Positions 17,470 to 26,904 are shown, counted from the first letter of the stretch. The stretch is DNA of 29,137 nucleotides from Bacteroidota bacterium (GCA_025355705.1 JANXZD010000411.1:1-29137); one strand, 5' to 3'. The notes: generated from the letters alone by a model not told the origin. Translations and numbers: made by a program.

Positions 17470-19296
17470 CTATACATGAATTGGAGCTTTCAATTCCTTC
17501 TTTTCTTTCCCGTTCGTTTTCCAAACAAACAGTCCACGTTGTTGATACGATGTATGAAGTAAGTGATGCGACATTTCCCCGAGTGGTTCTTTCAGAAATT
17601 CACTGTACAACGCAGCAACGTTTGGATTTTCGTGCGATTTACGGAGAGGCTTGTTTGCATCCTCGGCGTAGATCGATTCCGCGCGTTTCTTTCTGATCTC
17701 CATCGTTGTGGGAATCGGCTGACCGCCGCCGCCAAGACATCCGCCGGGACAGGTCATTACTTCGATAAATGCGTACGGTGATTCCCCTTTTTCTATCTGT
17801 TCCATCAACGTACGAGCATTCTTTAAAGTATGCGCGACTGCTACTTTCACTTTCATTCCGTTCAAATCCACTTCTGCTTCTTTGATTCCATCCATTCCCC
17901 GAACTGCTGTGAAGTTTATATTAGCAAGAGGACTTCCGGTAATCACTTCGTAGGCTGTGCGCAATGCCGCTTCCATCACACCGCCGGTTGCTCCGAAGAT
18001 AACGGCTGCACCGGTCGATTCACCAAGCGGACTATCGAATTCTTCTGACGGCAATGACGAGAATCGTATTCCTGTCTCTTTGAACATTCGCGCCAATTCT
18101 CTTGTCGTCAGGACATAATCGACATCGTAAAATGTATCCTCACTCGACCACGCCCGTTTGTCTTTCCAGTAATCGAACGCACCCATCATTTCGGGACGAC
18201 GCGCTTCATATTTTTTGGCGGTACACGGCATTACTGAAACGACAACGATCTTCCTCGGGTCTATTCCCATCTTTGCGGCGTAGTATGTTTTTGCAACGGT
18301 TCCGAACATCTGTTGAGGAGATTTGCAGGAAGAAAGATGACCGAGCAGATCGGGGAAGAAATGTTCAGCAAATTTTATCCAGCCCGGCGAGCAGGAAGTG
18401 ATCATCGGGAGTTTTCCTTTGTTCTTAATCCTGTCAATCAATTCATATCCTTCTTCAAGGATTGTAAGATCTGCCGTGAACTGAGTATCGAAGATTTTCT
18501 TAAAGCCAAGTTTGCGAAGACCTGCAACCATTTGTCCCGTCACCAAACTTCCCGGACCCATTCCCATTGCCTCTCCGATGCCGACACGGATCGCCGGCGC
18601 AGTCTGTACGATAACATATTTATCGGGATTGGATATTTCTTCAAAAACATTGTCCGTATCGTCGCGTTCGACGATAGCGCCAGTGGGACAGACAAGAGCA
18701 CACTGACCACAATACGTGCAGGCAACATTGCCAAGACCTTTTTCCATATATGTGGAAATTTTGGACTTGATACCGCGACCAGAAATTCCTATCGCAGAAA
18801 CAGTCTGCACATTCTGACAGACAGCAATGCATCGTCCGCACAAGATACATTTGTTCGGATCGCGATGAATGGAGATAGAACTTGTATCACATTTTTGAAT
18901 CTTCTTTGTCCGGACATACCGATCTTCTTTCACACCGAGATCGGCAGCAAGTGACTGCAGTTCGCAATTTTGGTTGCGCAGGCAGGAAAGACAATCCTTC
19001 GGATGGTTCGCCAACAGAAGTTCAACACTCGTTTTCCGTGCGTCGCGAATTCGGGCAGAGTTCGTTACAATTTCCATTCCCTCATATACACAGGCAGTGC
19101 ATGAGCGAAGAAGAGATTTCGCTCCTTTTACTTCAACAACGCAGACCGCACATGACGCATTTTTTGAAACATCTTCCATATAACAAAGCGTCGGAACTTT
19201 AATACCGGCTCGCTTACACGCATCAAGTATCGTTGCGTTCTGCGAAGCCTGATGATTATCACCATTGATTTTGATATTGACCATTGTCGTATTCAT
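17470..19296 (-). CDS. hydA: [FeFe]-hydrogenase catalytic subunit, group A, M3-type (HydA/HndD-like)
   Basis: H-cluster motifs TSCSPGW, MPCTAKKYE and EVMTCPGGCLGGGGQP. N-terminal [2Fe-2S] Cys, His-ligated cluster (HPKDCLSCLRNQNC) and two ferredoxin motifs (CILCGRCIAVC, CTYCGQCALVCP). Confidence 0.96.
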   Translation of the reverse strand: MNTTMVNIKINGDNHQASQNATILDACKRAGIKVPTLCYMEDVSKNASCAVCVVEVKGAKSLLRSCTACVYEGMEIVTNSARIRDARKTSVELLLANHPKDCLSCLRNQNCELQSLAADLGVKEDRYVRTKKIQKCDTSSISIHRDPNKCILCGRCIAVCQNVQTVSAIGISGRGIKSKISTYMEKGLGNVACTYCGQCALVCPTGAIVERDDTDNVFEEISNPDKYVIVQTAPAIRVGIGEAMGMGPGSLVTGQMVAGLRKLGFKKIFDTQFTADLTILEEGYELIDRIKNKGKLPMITSCSPGWIKFAEHFFPDLLGHLSSCKSPQQMFGTVAKTYYAAKMGIDPRKIVVVSVMPCTAKKYEARRPEMMGAFDYWKDKRAWSSEDTFYDVDYVLTTRELARMFKETGIRFSSLPSEEFDSPLGESTGAAVIFGATGGVMEAALRTAYEVITGSPLANINFTAVRGMDGIKEAEVDLNGMKVKVAVAHTLKNARTLMEQIEKGESPYAFIEVMTCPGGCLGGGGQPIPTTMEIRKKRAESIYAEDANKPLRKSHENPNVAALYSEFLKEPLGEMSHHLLHTSYQQRGLFVWKTNGKEKKELKAPIHV

Positions 19297-19305
19297 TAAG
19301 GCTCC

Positions 19306-22300
19306 TTACTGATCGTTAAATTCATTGCATTTGACATCACAGCGCAAGCATCGAGTTGCTTCCAACAACGCTTCCTCACCGGTGTATCCGGCAAGCACTT
19401 CTTGAAAACTCGAAACACGCTCCTTGACAGAAACTTTTTTCGGTTCGATCATCTTTGCTTCTTCCGGCTCCAGTTCCACTTCATCCTTGTATTTGAATTC
19501 CCTGAACAACCTATGGAATCGTTTCTCTTTCATCAGATCGTTATCGATCGCTTCAGCAGCCTTGCGCGCGATTCCCATCGCTTCGGCAACTGTTGCGGGA
19601 CCGGTCACTGCATCTCCACCAGCATAGACATTCGGAAGATTCGTCCTACAACTTGACTGGTTAATCTTCACCGTGCCGTTCTTTCGGAGTTCCAATCCTG
19701 CTTCTTTCGCTGCATCAAATTCCACCTTCTCTCCGATTGCAAGAATGACATTGTTACATGGAATGATTTCTTTCTCCATGGTTTCGATCGGTTTTTTCCT
19801 ACCGGAACTATCAAAACCATCGAATTTCATTTTAATGATCTCAAGTCCCGTCACTTTATCGTTATGGTCACCAATGATCCGATACGGAGCTGACATGAAC
19901 ATGAAACGGATATTCTCATCCAAAGCATCTTTTATCTCGTGCTCATTCGCCGGCATCTCATCGCGGTCGCGTCGATAGACAATAGTCACATCGGAACCGT
20001 TGCGAAGGACTGAACGAGCTGCATCAATCGCGACATTCCCTGCACCGACGACTACTACTTTTTTGCCGACACGGAGCCGTCCACCAATTGCAAGATCTTC
20101 AAGGAATTCATATCCCTGCAGAACACCGTCGAGTTGATTCCCTTCGATGTGCAGTTCTATATCTTTTTGTGCACCAACTGCGACAAAGAGAGCATCATTT
20201 TGTTTCTGCAACATTTTAAAAGAAAAATCTTTTCCAATACGCATATTGAACACGAACTTAATTCCGAGTTTCTTGAACAGTTCAAGTTCTTTGTTGACAA
20301 CATCTTTGGGCAAACGATAAGCGGGAATACCGTATTGAAGTATTCCGCCAGCGCGTGCGTGACTGTCATAGACTATAACGGAATGACCGAGTCGAACAAG
20401 ATAAAACGCTGCAGTTAGTCCCGCAGGACCCGCGCCAACAATTGCAATCTTCTTTCCGGTCGGAGAAAGTTTCTCTCGTATCAATCTTTGATAAATCTCT
20501 TTTTCTTTTCCCATCTTATAGATCGTGTCAGCAAGGTAACGATGGATCTCGCCTTGATTGACCGGATCGTCAACCATATCTCTTCGGCATCGCATCTGAC
20601 AGTGGAAATAACAAATACGACCTACCGTTCCAGGAAGAGGATTATCTCGCAGGGTCAGTTCAAAAGCTTCTTCAATTCTTCCTTCTTTCAATAATTGCAG
20701 ATAGCCTGGAATATTCATGTGCAGTGGACAACTGTTCTCGCACAATGCCATAAAGAGATTCTCACAAACACCAGCTTTGCATCTTTTTTCAATAATGTGT
20801 TTCTCATACTCATCACGGAAATATCGCAGCGTACTCAACACCGGATTCGAACTTGTCTGACCCAATCCGCAAAGTGAAGAATCTCTGATCACGTATGACA
20901 ATCGTTCAAGTGTATCAAGATCTTCCATCGTGCCATCACCGTGAGTAATTTTATTCAAAATCGCAAGTGATTGTGATAAACCTTCGCGACATGGCGTACA
21001 TTTTCCGCATGATTCTGAAGCGGTTACCTCAATAAAATACCGTGCAACATCCACCATGCAATTATCCTGATCCATCACCACCATACCACCCGAACCCATT
21101 ATCGTTCCAAGCTTCGAAAGCGACTCGTAATCAACCGGTGTATTGAAATGTTCAACCGGAATACATCCGCCGGAAGGTCCCCCTGTCTGCACAGCTCGTA
21201 TCTTCTTTTTGGTTCCAGTTCCTTCACCCATCTGATAGATGATCGTTTCAAGAGTTGTTCCAAGCGGTAATTCAACGAGTCCCGTATTTTTTATTTTACC
21301 GACCAGCGAGAATACTTTTGTTCCCGTACTGTTCTGAGTACCGAATTTCGCAAATGCATCTCCGCCTATCGCAACAATCACCGGAACGTTGAACCACGTT
21401 TCAACATTGTTAATGTTCGTCGGCTTTCCCCATAGTCCTTTTTGAGCAGGGTATGGAGGACGCGGAATCGGTCTGCCGGCTCTTCCTTCAATGGATGCGA
21501 TCAACGCAGTCTCTTCACCACAGACAAACGCTCCGGCTCCTTCAACGTATGACAGATCAAACGAAAATTCCGAACCAAAAATATTTTCCCCAAGAAATCC
21601 ATACTCTTTTGCTACCGCAACTGCTTTTTTGAAACGCTCCACCGCAAGCGGATATTCTGCACGCACATACATAATTCCTTCGGATGCCCCCATCACATAC
21701 GCGCCGATCAGCATTCCTTCGATCAGTGAATGCGGATCACTTTCGATCTCGTTCCGGTTCATATACGCGCCGGGATCCCCTTCGTCGGCATTACAGATGA
21801 TGTACTTCTGTCCGGTCTCAACTTTCTTCATCATTTCCCATTTAATCGCAGTGGGAAATCCTGCGCCTCCCCGTCCGCGAAGCTTTGCTTTTTTAATTTC
21901 ATCAAGAACAGAATCTCTCGTCATGCTCGTCAAGGCTTTCATCAACGATGAATAACCACCAACAGCAATGTATTCCTCGATGTCTTCAGGATCGATCAAA
22001 CCCGATTCGCGCAGAACAATTTTTTTCTGTCCTTTAAAGAACGGAAGTTCATTCCACAATGGAACACTCACTAGTCCCGTTCCAAATTCAATTTTAGATG
22101 TAAAAAAATCCCACTTCTCTATTTTACACAATGCTTTCTTAAGCGGCATCAATCCTTTTGAAAGGCTCTGCACAATGTTCTCAGCATCTTTTGTCGTCAC
22201 TTTACGCAGTATCACAAGAGGCATTCCGGGTATGTAACAGTTCACCAACACTTCTTCGGCACAGAATCCAAAACATCCGGTCATCGAAAGTCGTATCGCA

Positions 22301-22467
22301 ACATTCTTTGCTTTGATTGTTTTTTGCAATGCTTCAAAAACTTCCTTCGCACCGTTTCCAATACCGCACGTTCCCATCCCGACAGATATTTTGGGGATAT
22401 CAGGAAGAAGTTTCTTCAAGCCGTTTTGTCTCATCACTTCCCATGTTGAAGCATCAATGGTTTTCAT
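19306..22467 (-). CDS. hydB: HydB/NuoF-like diaphorase subunit fused to a GltD/NfnB-like FAD/NADP(H) oxidoreductase
   Basis: About aa 1-570: thioredoxin-like domain, LRGRGGAGFPT, CNADEGDPGAYMNR, GGPSGG and ESCGKCTPCREG. About aa 570-1053: CENSCP, GRICYFHCQMRC, IVGAGPAGLTAA, YGIPAYRLP, VVGAGNVAIDAAR, VYRR and YAGGD. Confidence 0.93.
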   Translation of the reverse strand: MKTIDASTWEVMRQNGLKKLLPDIPKISVGMGTCGIGNGAKEVFEALQKTIKAKNVAIRLSMTGCFGFCAEEVLVNCYIPGMPLVILRKVTTKDAENIVQSLSKGLMPLKKALCKIEKWDFFTSKIEFGTGLVSVPLWNELPFFKGQKKIVLRESGLIDPEDIEEYIAVGGYSSLMKALTSMTRDSVLDEIKKAKLRGRGGAGFPTAIKWEMMKKVETGQKYIICNADEGDPGAYMNRNEIESDPHSLIEGMLIGAYVMGASEGIMYVRAEYPLAVERFKKAVAVAKEYGFLGENIFGSEFSFDLSYVEGAGAFVCGEETALIASIEGRAGRPIPRPPYPAQKGLWGKPTNINNVETWFNVPVIVAIGGDAFAKFGTQNSTGTKVFSLVGKIKNTGLVELPLGTTLETIIYQMGEGTGTKKKIRAVQTGGPSGGCIPVEHFNTPVDYESLSKLGTIMGSGGMVVMDQDNCMVDVARYFIEVTASESCGKCTPCREGLSQSLAILNKITHGDGTMEDLDTLERLSYVIRDSSLCGLGQTSSNPVLSTLRYFRDEYEKHIIEKRCKAGVCENLFMALCENSCPLHMNIPGYLQLLKEGRIEEAFELTLRDNPLPGTVGRICYFHCQMRCRRDMVDDPVNQGEIHRYLADTIYKMGKEKEIYQRLIREKLSPTGKKIAIVGAGPAGLTAAFYLVRLGHSVIVYDSHARAGGILQYGIPAYRLPKDVVNKELELFKKLGIKFVFNMRIGKDFSFKMLQKQNDALFVAVGAQKDIELHIEGNQLDGVLQGYEFLEDLAIGGRLRVGKKVVVVGAGNVAIDAARSVLRNGSDVTIVYRRDRDEMPANEHEIKDALDENIRFMFMSAPYRIIGDHNDKVTGLEIIKMKFDGFDSSGRKKPIETMEKEIIPCNNVILAIGEKVEFDAAKEAGLELRKNGTVKINQSSCRTNLPNVYAGGDAVTGPATVAEAMGIARKAAEAIDNDLMKEKRFHRLFREFKYKDEVELEPEEAKMIEPKKVSVKERVSSFQEVLAGYTGEEALLEATRCLRCDVKCNEFNDQ

Positions 22468-22984
22468 GGATTTTCCTCACTTTCGAAATTCGACGCACAA
22501 GCATTTGTAATTTGGACGCCGTCACATTGCTATAAATAATTCCGTCGATGGCAATAACTGGTGCGAGTGCGCATTGACCGAAACACGCTACCGTTGTAAT
22601 CGTGAATTGATTGTCCGGTGTCGTGAAGAACGACTCACCCTCATCCAATTCTTTCTTACAGTTCAAAATCAAACCAAGATCATCCAATAATGTGCGAGAA
22701 CCTTTCGTGTGGCAAGCAGTTCCGCGGCAAACGGTAATGGTATGTTTCCCCTGCGGCTTGAGATTGAAGAATGAATAGAAGGTAACCACGTTATAGACTC
22801 TGGAAAGAGGAACACCCGTTCTGAGTGCCACATGGTTCAATGCGTCTTCGGAAAGAAATTTATGTTCGTTGAGAATTTGGGACTCTTCGAGAATGCCCAA
22901 GAGTTCTCCATGTTTCCCTTTGTATCGTGAGATTACAGCATCGATCTCCTGCATCTCTTGCGACAACGTACGTGATCCATCCAT
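22454..22984 (-). CDS. hydC: HydC/NuoE-like [2Fe-2S] subunit
   Basis: VVTFYSFF, TVCRGTACH and ACFGQCALAPV. AAGGAG precedes the ATG; 14-nt overlap with hydB. Confidence 0.93.
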   Translation of the reverse strand: MDGSRTLSQEMQEIDAVISRYKGKHGELLGILEESQILNEHKFLSEDALNHVALRTGVPLSRVYNVVTFYSFFNLKPQGKHTITVCRGTACHTKGSRTLLDDLGLILNCKKELDEGESFFTTPDNQFTITTVACFGQCALAPVIAIDGIIYSNVTASKLQMLVRRISKVRKIHENH

Positions 22985-23531
22985 AATTGCTCCTTTTCAA
23001 ATTGAAAATTATCTGTCTACTAATAAAACCACACTCATAAAAACGCGAAAACATATTCTGTCATTTAAAAACGTTAGAGCACTCCATTATCATTTACATG
23101 ATCATCGTTGAAGACCATACTGTAACCATCTCGGGAAGACATAAACACTTTCTGTACCCGGAGCACATAGGGAAGTTGAGCGGCGATATTTTCGCACTAA
23201 AAAATATGTTGCAGCGTGCGGAGTTGATGGGAGATTATTTTGGAGGAACTACACTTTGAATTTATTTGTACCGTTACAGCTTACCGTTGAATGAATTATG
23301 CTAAAATAAATTTTTTCATCTCAGTTGTTCACAAAAAATATCCAGCAAGTAACGAGTTCCTTCAAATACTATGACGTCGCTTAACTATCGGAAATGCCAA
23401 AAAGCACATGTGAAATATAAAGAAGTATTTCCTGAAAAACAGTATTAGAATACTCATTTAAAAAAATATTTTCATAATCAAGACACGTTTGTATTTTTTC
23501 TAAAATAAAAAAATATTTATTGAGGTTGCAA

Positions 23532-23560
23532 TTGCTAACCGACTAATGTTTAACTAAATT
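23532..23560 (+). promoter_or_regulatory. Putative sigma70 promoter upstream of the TonB-dependent receptor (TTGCTA-N17-TAAATT)
   Basis: Spacing counted directly. The region is AT-rich, so a chance match is possible. Confidence 0.35.
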
Positions 23561-23596
23561 TTTGTCATCAATTAATTACCTCAAAACATTTTTCAA

Positions 23597-25993
23597 TTGG
23601 TATCTTTTCCAAGAATAATTTTCTCTTTCATCACCAACGCTGCTTCTACTGTTTGCAGTTCTTTGAATCCCCATCGTAAAAAAAAATATGCAACTGTTCA
23701 ACAGTACAACGTTTATATTTTCTACGTTTTTATTCTCATATCAATTTCCTCTGCCCAAACTGTTTTAATTAACGGTTACATTATCGATGCAAACTCAAAC
23801 TCACCAATTTCGCATTCCATAATTCTTTTGAATGAAACCGGAGAGAAGAAAAGCAGCGACGAGCGAGGATATTTTCAGTTCGAAGTCCATACAATCGGCA
23901 GTTATACTTTATCTATTCATCATATTGCTTATAAGGATGCCGAACGGAAGATCATTGTCAATATTCTTTCTCCAGACACAATTATTATCGCTCTCCAGCC
24001 AAAAATATTCCAATCGGACGGTATCATCGTCAACAGTACCCGCACTGAGTCAGATGTGAACTGCACTCCATTTCCATTGAATGTTGCATCAAGCGAACAA
24101 CTTTTACGACAAAGCAACACAACAATTTCAGATGCACTGAAAAACTCTCCCGGACTTTCAATTGTCCGCGACGGTACGTGGGAAACTGCTATTTCAATCC
24201 GTGGAATGAGCCGTTCAAATATCGTTATGCTTGTGGATAATTCAAGGATTGAAACGGCGAACGATATTGCCGGCGCACTTTCTCTTATAAACACTCATGA
24301 TTTGGAAAGAATTGAAACAATCCGTTCTTCGGGTGCGGCGCTTTATGGAACAGGAGCTTTGGGCGGCATTATTCATTTATTGACAAAACGCGCTACATTC
24401 ACTGATAAATTCCAAATAAGTAGTGAATTGAGCAGTGAGTTCTCAAGCGTGAACAATTGCGCATCGCAATATCTTGCAGTGGTGGGATCCTCAGAACAAT
24501 ATGCGGGAAGATTTAGCAGCGGTTACCGGAAGGCAGACAATACATCGACTCCAACAGGAGTGCTTCCTAATTCACAATTTGCTGATTTTAACGTTACCGG
24601 CTCACTCAAAATAAAGACATTTGAAAACCAAGTTCTCCATCTTTCATATCAACGATCTCAGGCAGAAAATACTGGAATTTCCGGAGGCGCGCCCATTTCT
24701 GCATCGGCTTTAGCAACATATAAACTTGCACAACGTGAGTTTTTCGGACTTGATTATTCAGTCCCAAATATTTCTCCGACTCTTTCATTTATTACGGTTC
24801 GGATTTCTCAACAAAATATTTCCCGCAATGTTGAGATCGTTCAAACTCCGACATTGACTCTGACACCTCATGCAATTCACTCAACATCGAGCGCTCAGGT
24901 TGAATCAAAAATTACCGCATCAGAAAATAACTTTCTTGTTCTCGGCGCAGAGGTCTGGCAAAGAACATTGGAGAGCAAGCGTGAAAAGCTCAACAAAGCA
25001 AATAACACGATCACCGGTGAACATCCGATTCCACACTCCAAGTTTCTTTCTGCAGGATTGTATGGACAGAATGAATGGTATGTTGTGCCAAACAAAGTCA
25101 CGGTAATACTCGGAGCACGATATGATTGGATCCATATCAGCAATGATGAAACGACCAATCCGGAATATATCATCAGCAATGGAGTTCTTAGTACCGCACC
25201 AGCAAACCAGATAATTTTATGGAAGAGTGGAACCACAAAGGATGAATCGTGGAGTGGAAATACAGGAATACAATATTCATTGCTTTCAAATCTGGATGTA
25301 AATTTTCTTGCATCAACTGCATTTCGTTCGCCTTCACTGGAAGAGCGTTATCAATATCTGACTCTCGGAGACGGTATTCATGTAGGAAATCCAAATCTTA
25401 AACCGGAGCAAAGCATAAGCATTAATACGGGATTCCGATGGCATACGGACGGAACAAATATCCGGACAGATTTTTTTCTCAACCAATTGACGAACCTTGT
25501 TACAGACATCCCGGGAACATTTGAAGGGAACGCCGCATTCATCAAACAGAATATCAGTGAAGCTCGATTGTACGGATATGAAATTTCTGGTGAGCAATCA
25601 TTTACTTCGTGGGCAACAATGAATATTTCGGTTTCTTATGTTCGGGGAGAGGATACGCACAACAATATTAATCTTTCTCAGATTGCGCCTCTTCATGGGA
25701 ACGTGGAATTAACAGTTCGAAACCACGATACTGGAAAGTTATCATTTTCTTTGTCAATGAGTGCGCCTCAGGAGTTCATTGGTGCAGGAGAAAAACGAAC
25801 ATCCGGTTTTGCTGTTTTTGATATTGATGCGGTTTCTATTCCAATTCAATTCGATCAGTTTTCTATTACGATCCGCGGCGGGATTCAAAATATTTTTAAC
25901 AAAGAATATCGCAATCATCTTTCTACTATCCGCGGTAATATTACATCGGAACCGGGGAGGAATTTTTTTCTTACAATAGGAGTTGCAGTTTAG
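23597..25993 (+). CDS. TonB-dependent receptor with N-terminal carboxypeptidase-regulatory-like domain; start codon uncertain
   Basis: INGYIIDANSNSPI...SDERGYF, plug motifs (ISIRGM, IVMLVDN, ERIETIRSSGAALYGTGALGGII), FRSPSLEERY, GNPNLKPE and the C-terminal EPGRNFFLTIGVAV. Confidence 0.88.
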   Translation: MVSFPRIIFSFITNAASTVCSSLNPHRKKKYATVQQYNVYIFYVFILISISSAQTVLINGYIIDANSNSPISHSIILLNETGEKKSSDERGYFQFEVHTIGSYTLSIHHIAYKDAERKIIVNILSPDTIIIALQPKIFQSDGIIVNSTRTESDVNCTPFPLNVASSEQLLRQSNTTISDALKNSPGLSIVRDGTWETAISIRGMSRSNIVMLVDNSRIETANDIAGALSLINTHDLERIETIRSSGAALYGTGALGGIIHLLTKRATFTDKFQISSELSSEFSSVNNCASQYLAVVGSSEQYAGRFSSGYRKADNTSTPTGVLPNSQFADFNVTGSLKIKTFENQVLHLSYQRSQAENTGISGGAPISASALATYKLAQREFFGLDYSVPNISPTLSFITVRISQQNISRNVEIVQTPTLTLTPHAIHSTSSAQVESKITASENNFLVLGAEVWQRTLESKREKLNKANNTITGEHPIPHSKFLSAGLYGQNEWYVVPNKVTVILGARYDWIHISNDETTNPEYIISNGVLSTAPANQIILWKSGTTKDESWSGNTGIQYSLLSNLDVNFLASTAFRSPSLEERYQYLTLGDGIHVGNPNLKPEQSISINTGFRWHTDGTNIRTDFFLNQLTNLVTDIPGTFEGNAAFIKQNISEARLYGYEISGEQSFTSWATMNISVSYVRGEDTHNNINLSQIAPLHGNVELTVRNHDTGKLSFSLSMSAPQEFIGAGEKRTSGFAVFDIDAVSIPIQFDQFSITIRGGIQNIFNKEYRNHLSTIRGNITSEPGRNFFLTIGVAV

Positions 25994-26022
25994 TAAAGAC
26001 TGCCCAATAAGGATTCAATAAT

Positions 26023-26904
26023 ATGTTCTGGTTTACATTAGCAACTTGCTCAGCACTTCTTTCCGCTACCTCTGCGGTTTTACAAAAAAAAATATTGTTC
26101 CGACTGAATGCTCTGGAATTTTCGTTCTCCGTTTCGCTCTCCATTGTTTTCGTAACTCTATTCATTCCATTTTTTATTGATGTAAATTCCATTCAACCGT
26201 TAACACTATCGATCATTATTGGTAAGAGCATACTCGGAGCCTCGGCATTTTTATTAGTAATGTTATCGCTTCAACATAATCAGATCAGCAGCGCCCTTCC
26301 TCTATTAGGATTAACACCTGCTGTAACAGCGCTCCTCTCCTTTTTTATTTTGGGAGAAGGATTGCAGCAATCTGAATGGTTTGGTGTCGGATTAATGATT
26401 GCCGGGGCATACGTATTGGAAAGAAAACCAAGCGATAAGTTCTTCCAGCCCATCAACGTAATTATTAAATCAAAAAAGTATTATTATATCTACGGCGCGG
26501 TCGTATTGTTCGCTGTATCGTCAGTGTTCGATAGAATGTTAGTTCACACTATGAAGGTCAATCCATTTGTCATCCTTTTTTACCAGCACATCGTATATGT
26601 TTTGTTTTTCTCTTCAATTTTAATGTTACGGAATGTCTCTTTCAAAATAGTCATTCAAAAAAGTACGGAACAATTACCACTCATTATCACTGTTGCGATT
26701 CTGACTTTGGCGTATCGATTTACTCAACTAGAGGCGACAAAACTTGCGCCCGTTGCATTAGTGCTGGCAGTGAAACGAACCTCAATACTATATGCCTCGT
26801 TCTTTGGAGGAAAATTATTTTCCGAAGATCGACTAACACTAAAACTGGTCGGGGCTTTGCTGATTGTGGCGGCGGGATTTATAATTTTGAGAAACGTGGG
26901 ATAA
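26023..26904 (+). CDS. EamA/DMT family transporter
   Basis: 293 aa with about 10 hydrophobic segments in two repeats (LLSFFILGE; FFGGKLFSE). Confidence 0.88.
   Translation: MFWFTLATCSALLSATSAVLQKKILFRLNALEFSFSVSLSIVFVTLFIPFFIDVNSIQPLTLSIIIGKSILGASAFLLVMLSLQHNQISSALPLLGLTPAVTALLSFFILGEGLQQSEWFGVGLMIAGAYVLERKPSDKFFQPINVIIKSKKYYYIYGAVVLFAVSSVFDRMLVHTMKVNPFVILFYQHIVYVLFFSSILMLRNVSFKIVIQKSTEQLPLIITVAILTLAYRFTQLEATKLAPVALVLAVKRTSILYASFFGGKLFSEDRLTLKLVGALLIVAAGFIILRNVG

Noticed and set aside
17481-22535. Many plus-strand ORFs of 60-213 aa, including 18313-18954 and 21491-21955
   Set aside because: Antisense to well-supported hydA, hydB and hydC; no recognisable motifs or RBS.
23110-23185. Cobalamin-riboswitch-like words (ACTGTAA, GGGAAG twice)
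   Set aside because: The upstream GGGAA-GGTG-AAnTCC-GCCCCCGC core and the downstream AGnCAG-ACCTGCC are missing, and the site is far from the receptor start.
23317-23426. Rex-like sites (TTCACAA at 23328-23334; ATGTGAA at 23408-23414)
   Set aside because: Only half-sites; the partner halves at the N4 spacing do not match TTGTGAA-N4-TTCACAA.
23440-23462. Fur-like box (AGTATT-AG-AATACT and neighbouring CATT)
   Set aside because: Poor match to the TGATAAT-N-ATTATCA pattern in very AT-rich DNA.
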